From assembly GCA_003170655.1 (NCBI GenBank), contig PMYY01000166.1, positions 4,013 to 44,398 on the forward strand: a stretch of DNA of 40,386 nt. The letters run 5' to 3'. This DNA comes from Nitrospiraceae bacterium (GTDB taxonomy: Bacteria > Nitrospirota > Thermodesulfovibrionia > Thermodesulfovibrionales > Dissulfurispiraceae). The notes under the pieces were generated by a model. That model saw only the letters and a list, made by a program, of their open reading frames with translations, was not told the DNA's origin and did not search any database. A program made the position numbers and the translations under genes. Below, in pieces: positions 16,680 to 25,631 of this stretch; position 1 is the stretch's first letter; each line of letters opens with the position of its first letter.

Positions 16680-17942
16680 ATGGCACTTTTCGGCGAACTC
16701 TTTCTCAGCGAGATCATCAAAAAGCCGGTTTTCGACCCCAAGGGTGAGATTATCGGACGGGTGAAGGATGTGATCGTCGTAAAGGGAGACCCCCTTCCCC
16801 AGATATCGGCTGTTATCGTTTACAGGAAAGGTCAGGCATATATCATCATATGGACTGCCATCAACATATTTAACAAGAGGATCATATCCAGCTTCTTATA
16901 CGCGGATGCGCTACAGGTGTATGAGTATCCGGAAGACGATCTCCTTGCCGTTCGCGATATCCTCGACAAGCAGATCGTCGATGCCAACGGTGCAAAGGTT
17001 GTGCGGGTGAATGACATCAAACTCGAAGGCTATCACGGCAGTGCCGTGCTCCTTGCCGTCGATGTCGGCATGAGGGGAATCCTAAGGCGCCTGGGCGCCG
17101 AACACAGCAGCGACGAGGTGCTCAGGTTTTTCAATACACAGCTTTCCTACAATCTGATCAGCTGGAATTACATGCAACCGCTCAGGCCGGAACTGAAAGC
17201 AATCGCTCTTACCGTTCCACGGCAAATGCTGTCGGACCTTCATCCCGCAGATATCGCAGACCTGATCAGCCAGGTGTCGAGGGAAGAGGGCGCGCATCTC
17301 TTCAAGAACCTCGATATCGAGGCCGCTGCGGATGCTCTCTCTGAATTGATGCCTGAAAGACAGGCCGAGATCATAAACTCGATCGATACTGAGCAGGCCG
17401 CGGATATACTCGAAGAGATGCAGCCTGATGAGGCAGCGGACGTACTCAGCGATCTCCCGACCGAGAAGGCCAAGGAGATCCTCGAACATATCGACAGGGA
17501 AGAGGCAGAAGACATACAGGAACTGTTGGGCCACGAAGAGGATACCGCAGGCGGACTCATGACGAATATCTTCATCGCCTATCCACCGCAGATAACAGTT
17601 ACGGAAGCAATAGAAAGGTTTAAAAAGGACGCTGAAGAGATAGAGTCCGTCTATTACATTTATGTTGTCGATGAAGATGAAAAATTGATCGGGGTCGCCT
17701 CACTAAGGGACATCATAATGGCCGATCCTCAAGCACAGCTTGCTGAGGTCATGGAGACCAAGATGAAATCGGTCACCCCTGAAACAGACGATATGATAGT
17801 TGCAGAGATCATATCGAAATATAATCTCGTAGCGCTTCCAGTCGTTGATGCGGAAAACGTCTTGCTGGGCATTGTGGGTGTTGATGATGTAATCGATATA
17901 ATCCTTCCGCCTGCCGCGAAACGGGGAAGAAGGAAGGTATGA
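16680..17942 (+). CDS. soluble PRC-barrel + MgtE_N + CBS-pair protein (MgtE cytoplasmic sensor without the membrane pore)
   Basis: 420 aa. PRC-like N-terminus, then acidic MgtE_N repeats (DLHPADIADLISQV...DTEQAADILEEMQPDEAADVLSDLPTEKAKEILEHIDREEAEDIQELL), then GGLMT and two CBS motifs. It ends ...VDDVIDIILPPAAKRGRRKV, where the MgtE TM domain would normally start. Confidence 0.8.
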   Translation: MALFGELFLSEIIKKPVFDPKGEIIGRVKDVIVVKGDPLPQISAVIVYRKGQAYIIIWTAINIFNKRIISSFLYADALQVYEYPEDDLLAVRDILDKQIVDANGAKVVRVNDIKLEGYHGSAVLLAVDVGMRGILRRLGAEHSSDEVLRFFNTQLSYNLISWNYMQPLRPELKAIALTVPRQMLSDLHPADIADLISQVSREEGAHLFKNLDIEAAADALSELMPERQAEIINSIDTEQAADILEEMQPDEAADVLSDLPTEKAKEILEHIDREEAEDIQELLGHEEDTAGGLMTNIFIAYPPQITVTEAIERFKKDAEEIESVYYIYVVDEDEKLIGVASLRDIIMADPQAQLAEVMETKMKSVTPETDDMIVAEIISKYNLVALPVVDAENVLLGIVGVDDVIDIILPPAAKRGRRKV

Positions 17943-19171
17943 AGCGCTGGAAGAGCTTCCTGTTGTTTCTCACGGTGATGGGGCCCGGCATCATTACCGC
18001 CAATATCGATAACGACGCCAGCGGCATAACCACTTATTCAGTTGCCGGGGCACGCTTCGGCTATGAGTTGCTCTGGACGCTCATCCCGACGACAGTAGCA
18101 CTTGTCGTTATTCAGGAAATGTGCGGACGCATGGGTGTGATCACGGGCAAAGGCCTTGCCGATCTGATCCGTGAAAACTATGGCGTGAAGGCGGCATTCT
18201 ATTTAATGCTCGGCCTCTTTGTAGCCAATTTCGGTAACACTGTGGCAGACTTTGCCGGATGGGCTGCCAGTATGGAGATCCTCGGTCTCAGTAGGTATAT
18301 CATGGTCCCGATTGGGGCTCTCGCGATCTGGATGCTCGTAGCCAAAGGAAGTTATAGGTTTGTCGAGAATGTCCTGCTTATTGCCTGCTTGATCTTTATC
18401 GGCTATATCATTTCTGGCTTCATGGCAAAACCCGATTGGGCGGGAGTTGCAAAAAGCACGTTTATCCCCCATCTGGAATGGAACGCGGAATATATCTATT
18501 TGAGCATCGGCATCATCGGCACGACTATTACCCCGTGGATGCAGTTCTACCTCCAGTCATCGATTGCTGAAAAGGGGATCAAGAAGGAAGACTACAAGGC
18601 GTCGAGGCTCGATGTAATCTTCGGCTGCTCCATCACGGACATTATCAGTTTCTTTATAATTGTTACCTGCGCGACGATCCTTTTTCCAAAAGGCATCAGG
18701 GTCAACGAGGCTTCCGAAGCGGCGCTTGCATTGAAACCCTTTGCCGGAGATTATGCCTCTTTGCTGTTTGCGGTTTCACTTGCGAATGCCTCGATCCTGG
18801 GCGCGATCATTGTGCCCCTCGCTTCGGCATATTACATCTGCGAGGCGATGGGCTGGGAGGCGGGCGTCAATAAATCGTTCAAGGAAGCTCCCCAGTTCAT
18901 GGGCATCTATACCATGATGATCGCAGCCGGGGCCGTAGTCGTGCTGGTGCCAAACGCACCACTTGTCTTTCTTATGGTGTTATCGGCCGTTGTAAACGGC
19001 CTGATGCTGCCGTTCGTTCTCATCTATGTAATCATGCTGATCAATAATCCCAAGATCATGGGAGAGTTCGTGAACTCTAGGGTATATAATGTGATTTCCT
19101 GGGCTACGGTTGTGACAGTCGCCTTGCTGACCGTGCTTTTCGTCTTTTCGACGATTTTCCCCGTTACATAA
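17939..19171 (+). CDS. NRAMP-fold membrane transporter with non-canonical metal-site motifs
   Basis: 410 aa, ~11 TM helices. GPGIITANIDNDASG aligns to the NRAMP TM1 GPG...DPGN. GIIGTTITPWMQFYLQSS aligns to the TM6 G..A..MPHN.YLHS. The start overlaps the upstream stop (ATGA, 17939-17942). Confidence 0.85.
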   Translation: MKRWKSFLLFLTVMGPGIITANIDNDASGITTYSVAGARFGYELLWTLIPTTVALVVIQEMCGRMGVITGKGLADLIRENYGVKAAFYLMLGLFVANFGNTVADFAGWAASMEILGLSRYIMVPIGALAIWMLVAKGSYRFVENVLLIACLIFIGYIISGFMAKPDWAGVAKSTFIPHLEWNAEYIYLSIGIIGTTITPWMQFYLQSSIAEKGIKKEDYKASRLDVIFGCSITDIISFFIIVTCATILFPKGIRVNEASEAALALKPFAGDYASLLFAVSLANASILGAIIVPLASAYYICEAMGWEAGVNKSFKEAPQFMGIYTMMIAAGAVVVLVPNAPLVFLMVLSAVVNGLMLPFVLIYVIMLINNPKIMGEFVNSRVYNVISWATVVTVALLTVLFVFSTIFPVT

Positions 19172-19195
19172 GGTAAGGTAAGGAGGAGCTGATCA

Positions 19196-20257
19196 ATGGT
19201 TAAAACAATTGAGTGGAAGGACAATAGGGTGCTGATGCTCGACCAGAGCAGGCTTCCGCATGAAGTCATTTACGTCGAATGCACCGATTATCATAAGGTT
19301 GCCGAGGGGATCAGGAAGCTCTGGATCAGGGGAGCTCCGGCCATCGGCATCGCAGCGGCTATGGGAATAGCGCTCGGGGCACAGGAGATCATCGCCGGGA
19401 ATTTCGACGAGCTCGTCGAGGAGATGCAACCGATTTTTAACACCCTGTTGGGCACTAGGCCTACGGCTGTGAATATCCATTGGGCAGTCGTCAGGATAAA
19501 GAAGTTCCTTCAGGAAAATAACCGGGAATCAATTGATAGGCTCAAACAGATGCTGATCGATGAATCGAACAGGATACTCGAGGAGGATATTGCGGTCAAC
19601 AAGGCAATAGGCGAATGGGGAGCGCAATTCATCAGGGATGGCGACACTATCCTGACCCACTGTAATGCCGGCAGCCTTGCTACCGGCGGATACGGTACAG
19701 CAACTGCCCCGATGCTGGTTGCGAAAGAGCAGGGAAAGAGCATCCATGTGATCGCTGACGAGACGAGACCGGTGCTGCAAGGTGCGCGCCTCACGTCCTG
19801 GGAGCTCATGCAGTCAGGCATTCCGGTAACGCTCATTACCGATAATACCGCCGGGGCGTTGATGAAGAGAGGCTTGATCGATCTGGCCATCGTCGGTACC
19901 GACAGGACTACAAGGAACGGCGATGTAGCCAATAAAATCGGTACTTATACCGTGGCAGTATTATGCAGGGAGCACGGCATTCCTTTTTATGTTGCGGCCC
20001 CATTGAGCAGTATCGATTTCGACATGGCGTCAGGAGACCTTATCCCCATCGAGGAGAGGAGCGCCGACGAGGTCAGGACCGTCAATGGCCACCAGGTTGC
20101 CCCGGAAGGAGTAAATGTTATAAACTTAGCTTTCGATGTGACTCCGGCAAAATTTGTTTCCGCTTTTTTTACCGAAAAAGGGGCTTTCAAACCGAGAGAC
20201 CTTAAAAAACTGATGCGGGAGGATATAGACCTCGATTCAACACGGTTGCAACACTGA
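19196..20257 (+). CDS. mtnA: S-methyl-5-thioribose-1-phosphate isomerase (eIF-2B alpha/beta/delta-like family)
   Basis: 353 aa. WIRGAPAIGIAAA, RPTAVN, ILTHCNAGSLAT, ADETRPVLQGARLT.WEL, GTDRTTRNGDVANKIGTY. Strong SD GGAGG. Confidence 0.85.
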   Translation: MVKTIEWKDNRVLMLDQSRLPHEVIYVECTDYHKVAEGIRKLWIRGAPAIGIAAAMGIALGAQEIIAGNFDELVEEMQPIFNTLLGTRPTAVNIHWAVVRIKKFLQENNRESIDRLKQMLIDESNRILEEDIAVNKAIGEWGAQFIRDGDTILTHCNAGSLATGGYGTATAPMLVAKEQGKSIHVIADETRPVLQGARLTSWELMQSGIPVTLITDNTAGALMKRGLIDLAIVGTDRTTRNGDVANKIGTYTVAVLCREHGIPFYVAAPLSSIDFDMASGDLIPIEERSADEVRTVNGHQVAPEGVNVINLAFDVTPAKFVSAFFTEKGAFKPRDLKKLMREDIDLDSTRLQH

Positions 20258-21276
20258 TGAAGGCAGAAGAAATATTCAGACAGTACGCCTCCGAACTGAA
20301 AGCGGTAGAACGGGAACTCCTCTCGATCTTCGACAGTTCCGCGGCCGTCATTCCGCTCATTGGCAAGCATATTGTTGACAGCGGAGGCAAAAGGATAAGG
20401 CCCCTCTTCCTTTTAATGAGCGCCGATCTTTGCGGATATCACGGAGACCAGCGTGCGCACCTGGGAGCGATCATCGAAGCGATCCATACCGCATCACTGC
20501 TCCACGACGATGTTATCGACGGCGCTGAAACTAGACGGGGCGAGGCCGCGGCTCATACGGTCTGGGGGAATCAGGTGGTAGTCCTCGTTGGAGATTTCCT
20601 CTATTCCAACGCCCTGAGGCTCGCGGTTAATCAAAGGAACCAAAAGATCATGGAAGCGCTTTCCGAGGCTACTACCCGGATGACAGAAGGAGAACTCTTG
20701 CAACTCCATAAAACCGGCGATCCCGAAATCACCATGGACGAATACTTCAAGATCATCTCTGCAAAGACCGGCATACTTATCTCTGCGGCCTGCAGGATCG
20801 GCGCCGTTATTGCGGGACAGTCCGAGGCAAGGGAGAAAGCCCTTTCTGAATTCGGACTGAAGACCGGCGTTGCTTTTCAGCTTGCCGACGACATATTGGA
20901 CTATGTGGCACGCCAGAAAGATTTGGGAAAGAAGCTCGGCAAGGACCTTGATGAGGGCAAGATCACAATGCCGCTCATACATTTGTTGAAGGTTGCTCCG
21001 GAAACCGAAAGGAAAGAGGTCATCACGATAATCGAAGATACCGCCGGAACCGGTGAGAACGGAAGCGATGCTGGGGATATCACATCAGATAAAAGAAGGA
21101 CCAATCTTGAAAGGATCACAACTCTCTTCACCAAATACAACGCAATTGAAGAATCGTTCAACATTGCACGACGTCTGGTCGAAGAGGCGAAGGCTGAGCT
21201 CGAAATTTTCCCCGATTCCGACTCTAAAATTGCGATTCTAGCCATGGCGGACTATACACTTATGAGGAAAAAATGA
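20257..21276 (+). CDS. long-chain trans-polyprenyl diphosphate synthase (IspB/HepT-like)
   Basis: 339 aa. First DDxxD in LLHDDVIDGAETRRG, second in FQLADDILDY, plus KT and GKxxxxDL motifs. The start overlaps the mtnA stop (TGATG). There is an unusual Gly/Asp/Thr-rich insert (EDTAGTGENGSDAGDITSDKRR). Confidence 0.85.
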   Translation: MKAEEIFRQYASELKAVERELLSIFDSSAAVIPLIGKHIVDSGGKRIRPLFLLMSADLCGYHGDQRAHLGAIIEAIHTASLLHDDVIDGAETRRGEAAAHTVWGNQVVVLVGDFLYSNALRLAVNQRNQKIMEALSEATTRMTEGELLQLHKTGDPEITMDEYFKIISAKTGILISAACRIGAVIAGQSEAREKALSEFGLKTGVAFQLADDILDYVARQKDLGKKLGKDLDEGKITMPLIHLLKVAPETERKEVITIIEDTAGTGENGSDAGDITSDKRRTNLERITTLFTKYNAIEESFNIARRLVEEAKAELEIFPDSDSKIAILAMADYTLMRKK

Positions 21277-21277
21277 A

Positions 21278-21787
21278 ATGCATCCATACGCCGAATTAGC
21301 TAAAAATGCTGTCGAGGAGTATGTGAGAAACGGGAACATCCTTGCTGCCCCGGAGGAAATCCCTGCGGACATGTTGCGAAGGGCGGGAGTTTTTATCTGC
21401 CTTAAAGTGCATGGTCACCTGAGAGGATGCATAGGCACCTTTCAGCCCTGCAGCAAGAATCTCTACCAGGAGATAGTCAGGAATTCCATCTCAGCATCTG
21501 CCGAAGATCCACGTTTTTCCCTTGTCAGGCCGGATGAACTCGATGATATCGCATATACCGTAGATGTTCTTTCCGAGCCGGAGAAGGTTGTGCAATTATC
21601 ACAACTCGATCCGAAGAAGTATGGTGTTATAGTTGTGAAAGGGCCTCGAAGAGGGTTGCTGCTGCCAGATCTGGAGGGTGTTGATACAGTCGAAGAACAG
21701 CTCCGCATTACGAAAATGAAAGCGGGCATTCCGCCGGGGGATGAGGATGTGGAGATCTCGCGGTTTACAGTTGACCGCTACAGTTAG
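21278..21787 (+). CDS. AMMECR1-domain protein
   Basis: 169 aa. GVFICLKVHGHLRGCIGTFQP core motif, DPRF, and GLLLPDLEGVDTVEEQL. It starts 1 nt after the upstream stop. Confidence 0.85.
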   Translation: MHPYAELAKNAVEEYVRNGNILAAPEEIPADMLRRAGVFICLKVHGHLRGCIGTFQPCSKNLYQEIVRNSISASAEDPRFSLVRPDELDDIAYTVDVLSEPEKVVQLSQLDPKKYGVIVVKGPRRGLLLPDLEGVDTVEEQLRITKMKAGIPPGDEDVEISRFTVDRYS

Positions 21788-21790
21788 TCG

Positions 21791-22279
21791 TCACTTCTTT
21801 CCAGTGCCAGCTCTTTTGAAAGTCCCGCTCTTGCCCCCGCTCTTTCTGAGGAGCATAATCTCCGAGATGATCATCTCTTTGTCAATAGCCTTGCACATGT
21901 CGTAGATTGTCAGGGCGGCTACTGATGTTGCGGTGAGAGCCTCCATCTCGACTCCTGTCTGACCGGTCACTTTCGTAGTCGCCATTATATCAACCTTGTT
22001 CTTCTTGTTGTCAATAACGAAATCTATGGTCACTGAGGTTACGTTCAAAGGATGGCACATAGGAATAAGTTCGGGCGTCTTCTTTGCTGCCATGATACCG
22101 GCGACCCGCGCAACCCCTAGTACATCACCCTTTTCAACCTTGCCCTGCTTTATAAGCTGCAGGGTATCTGACTTCATGGAGATCGAACCCGAGGCCACGG
22201 CCTCTCTGGACGTCAGCACTTTTCCCGTCACATCTACCATGCAGGCCTTTCCTGCGTCGTCGAAATGGGTTAGTTTCAT
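21791..22279 (-). CDS. moaC: cyclic pyranopterin monophosphate synthase
   Basis: 162 aa. [64 protein letters not shown]. Confidence 0.9.
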   Translation of the reverse strand: MKLTHFDDAGKACMVDVTGKVLTSREAVASGSISMKSDTLQLIKQGKVEKGDVLGVARVAGIMAAKKTPELIPMCHPLNVTSVTIDFVIDNKKNKVDIMATTKVTGQTGVEMEALTATSVAALTIYDMCKAIDKEMIISEIMLLRKSGGKSGTFKRAGTGKK

Positions 22280-22548
22280 AAAGTCCTCCTGCCGATTGTC
22301 TTGGTAATCATTTTAACGAATGGAGACGATAAAAACAAAGAATATTGACATGATACCAAAGGCATGCTGAGCTTCAATCAGAACTTCTTATGGAAGTCAC
22401 AGCAGGACGGCAGTCTGACATTCATGCTAGATTTGGTGATTGAAGTACATTGCGCGACAGGTACAAGCGGATATCCGTCTGGTGAAGAACCTGTTGTTTT
22501 TGATAGAATGAAAGAAATATTCGGTGGGGAAGTCCGGCAACTGAAAGA

Positions 22549-24756
22549 ATGCGCCACATTTACAGCTGTGCAATAGGCATCGACAAAAGGATTCTCAAGG
22601 TCCCGCTGTTCCTTTGTTTTCTCTTTATCTTCTCCTTGCAAGGGATTTCGGGCGCGGATGAAGGACCCAAGAAGCATGTGCTCGTCCTGAACTCATACCA
22701 TAAGGGGCTCAGTTGGACCGACAACATAGTCAGGGGGGTAGAGTCTGTACTTCCTGCAGAGGTAAAGCACCTTGAGATCAGCTTTGAGTATATGGATACC
22801 AAGCGCAACAGTTCTGAGCGCTATTTCGCGAAGCTTTATGAGATATATAAGATCAAATATGAAAAAGAGAGATTCGATGTCATCATTGCCTGCGACAACG
22901 ATGCATTGAACTTCGTCAGCAAATACCGGAAGACTCTATTCGTCAATACACCGGTCGTCTTTTGCGGGATCAACGATTTCCGGGATTCAATGGTCTGGGA
23001 CCCGTCAGCGGTGACAGGTGTCGTTGAAGAAACCGATATAAAAAGCACCCTCGATATAGCTCTTAAACTTTTCCCCGGGGCTTCTCAGGTTGTTGTTATC
23101 GATGACAAGACTACTACCGGCGTTGCCATGAAGAACGAGCTGATGCAGGTAATGCCTTATTTTAAAGACAGGGTGCATTTTGTCTTCTTCGAGGATTTCG
23201 ATATCTCCGAGCTGCGGCAGAAGGTCAGAAACATCCCTCCCGACAGTATCATTCTTCTTCTGCTGGTTAACCGTGACAAGACGGGGAATTTCTTTACCTA
23301 TGAAGAGAGCCTTGCCTTTATCTATGACGAGTCGAAAGTTCCCATTTTCAGTGTCTGGGATTTCTATCTCGGCGGGGGGATTGTCGGCGGAATGCTCACG
23401 AGCGGCTATTCACAGGGAAGGACCGCTGCCGAGATGGCCCTGCGAGTCATGCATGGAACAAAGGTTGCCGATATCCCCCTTGTGAGGAAAAGCCCCAACA
23501 GGTTCATGTTCGACTATTGCCAACTCAAGAGGTTCGGTGTCAGTACTTACCGACTGCCGAAGGAGAGCACCATCATCAGTCTTCCCGATTCCTTCTATTC
23601 CAAGTACAAGACCTTCATTCTGGGGATCGGCGCAACCATTTTCACTCTTTCCCTTATTATCTTCGTGCTGCTCGTTAACATTTCACAACGCCGGAAGGTG
23701 GAGAAAGCACTCAGGGAGTCTGAAGAGAAGTACCGTGACCTTTATGATCATGCGCCGGACATGTACCACTCCATAAACGGAGAAGGGATCATCATAGATT
23801 GCAACGAGACCGAGGCCGGGATGCTAGGCTACTCCAAAGAGGAGATAATTGGTAGGCCTGTTACGGACTTCTGGACGAAGCAGTCGAAAAGTCTCCATGA
23901 ACAGGACTTTCCGATCATAAAATCAGAGATCAAGGAGCGGGAGTTCGAGCGGGAGTTCGTGAGAAGGGACGGCAGTACTTTTATAGCAAGCTTGCATGTC
24001 TTTACGGAGACCGATAAAAATAATATGTTTGTGAAGACGAAAACTATCGCCCACGACATAACGGAAAGCAAAAGCCTCGAAAATGAGTTGAAGAATTCAA
24101 GGGAAGAACTAAGGAGTTTATCCGCGCATCTGCAATCAGTAAGAGAGGAGGAGCGGCGCTGCATCGCAAGTGAGATTCATGATGAACTCGGGCAGGTGCT
24201 GACTACGCTTAAGCTCGACCTTTCCTGGCTGAAGACCAGACTGGCGAAGGAGAGCAACCAGCTCTCTACGAGCGTGCAGTCAATGTCGGACCTGGTGGAC
24301 AAGACCATCGAGTCCGTTCAGAGGATATCTTCTGAATTAAGGCCCGGCGTGCTTGACCACCTCGGCCTGTCCGATGCTATCGAATGGCTTGCGGGTGAGG
24401 TATGCGGCAGGAAGGGGCTCCAGTACGATATAATCATTGAACCTGAGGACATCGAACTCGATCAGAACCGGTCCATCGCAATTTTTCGTATTTTCCAGGA
24501 AGCCCTTACCAATATAGTCCGGCATTCAGAGGCGACTATGGTTGAGGTCCATCTGATAAAGGGGCGGTCTGTTTTGACTCTGGAAGTGAGGGACAACGGG
24601 ATTGGAATCCCAGTATAAAAACTTTCCGACCATAATTCTTACGGACTGATAGGCATCAGGGAGAGGGCGCGCTACCTCGGCGGGGATGTTCGGATCGAAG
24701 GTTGTACGGGTTCGGGCACAACTGTTCTCGTTAATATCCCGCTCGACAGTGAATAG
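22549..24756 (+). pseudogene. sensor histidine kinase (periplasmic ABC-substrate-binding-like domain, TM, PAS, HisKA_3, HATPase) interrupted by an in-frame TAA at 24616-24618
   Basis: ORF 22549..24618 ends ...EVRDNGIGIPV*. The same frame then continues KLSDHNSYGLIGIRERARYLGGDVRIEGCTGSGTTVLVNIPLDSE* to 24756, which is the G2-box/ATP-lid end of a NarX/DegS-type HATPase domain. The H-box is EIHDELGQ. Confidence 0.8.
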
Positions 24757-24767
24757 GAGGGCGCATT

Positions 24768-25406
24768 TTGAAGATATTGATCGCTGACGACCACGCACTA
24801 TTCCGGGAGGGGCTAAAACAGATCTTGCAGGAGAATTTCGAGGGGGCGGTGCTGGACCAGGCGAGCAACGGCTACGAGGTGCTGGACAAGATATCAGGCA
24901 ACGATTATGACCTCCTACTGCTCGATATCGCCATGCCCGGCATCAGCGGGCTGGATGTTCTCAAGCAGCTGCGGATCATAAGGCCGAAGCTCCATGCTCT
25001 GGTTCTGAGCATGTATCCCGAAGGCCAGTACGCGGTACGTGCCATAAGGGCGGGAGCTTCTGGATATCTTACAAAAAGGAGCGCCTCGGACGAACTGATC
25101 GAAGCCATTAATAAGGTTTTAAAAGGCGGTATCTACGTCACTACGGCAATAGCCGAAAAGCTGATGATCGATTTCAGGCCAGACACCGGGAAGCCGCCGC
25201 ATGAACTCCTTTCGGACAGGGAGTTCCAGATTTTTTGCATGATCGCCGCAGGCAAGACGGTAAGCACCATAGCCGAAGAGCTGAACCTGAGTGTCAAGAC
25301 CGTCAGCACCCATCGAGTCCATATCCTCGACAAAATGAACATGAAGAATAGTGCCGAACTGACTAACTACGCCATAAAATACCAAGTCATCAATCTGACC
25401 GATTGA
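24768..25406 (+). CDS. NarL/FixJ-family response regulator (REC + LuxR-type HTH)
   Basis: 212 aa. ILIADDH, DLLLLDIAMPG, and the LuxR HTH (LSDREFQIFCMIAAGKTVSTIAEELNLSVKTVSTHRVHILDKM). TTG start with a GGAGG SD 7 nt upstream. Confidence 0.9.
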   Translation: MKILIADDHALFREGLKQILQENFEGAVLDQASNGYEVLDKISGNDYDLLLLDIAMPGISGLDVLKQLRIIRPKLHALVLSMYPEGQYAVRAIRAGASGYLTKRSASDELIEAINKVLKGGIYVTTAIAEKLMIDFRPDTGKPPHELLSDREFQIFCMIAAGKTVSTIAEELNLSVKTVSTHRVHILDKMNMKNSAELTNYAIKYQVINLTD

Positions 25407-25631
25407 GTACTTTTTTGTAAGATGTCTTTCATCAGAGTCCCATCAAAAAGGGGGCCGGGATGATACCCCATGCCGTGAGGTCTTAAATTTTTCTATTATT
25501 GACTCTTCCCTGTCCCTAGTATAGGACAAAATCCTATGGTTAGAATCAGAACAAGCCCGATACCGTGATAACTCCCATTGGTTCTACAATTAAATCAGAG
25601 AAGCAAAATTATTGTCACGGAGGGAAACATT

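Noticed and set aside
22280-22548. Possible Moco riboswitch upstream of moaC, and the 70-aa ORF 22364..22576 in the moaC / kinase intergenic region.
   Set aside because: The minus-strand leader is AT-rich without the GC-rich Moco-motif helices. The ORF lacks an SD, overlaps the kinase start and has no recognisable features.
24616-24618. Programmed recoding (selenocysteine or pyrrolysine) as an explanation for the kinase stop.
   Set aside because: The codon is TAA, not TGA or TAG. No SECIS-like hairpin follows, and the position is not a catalytic Cys.
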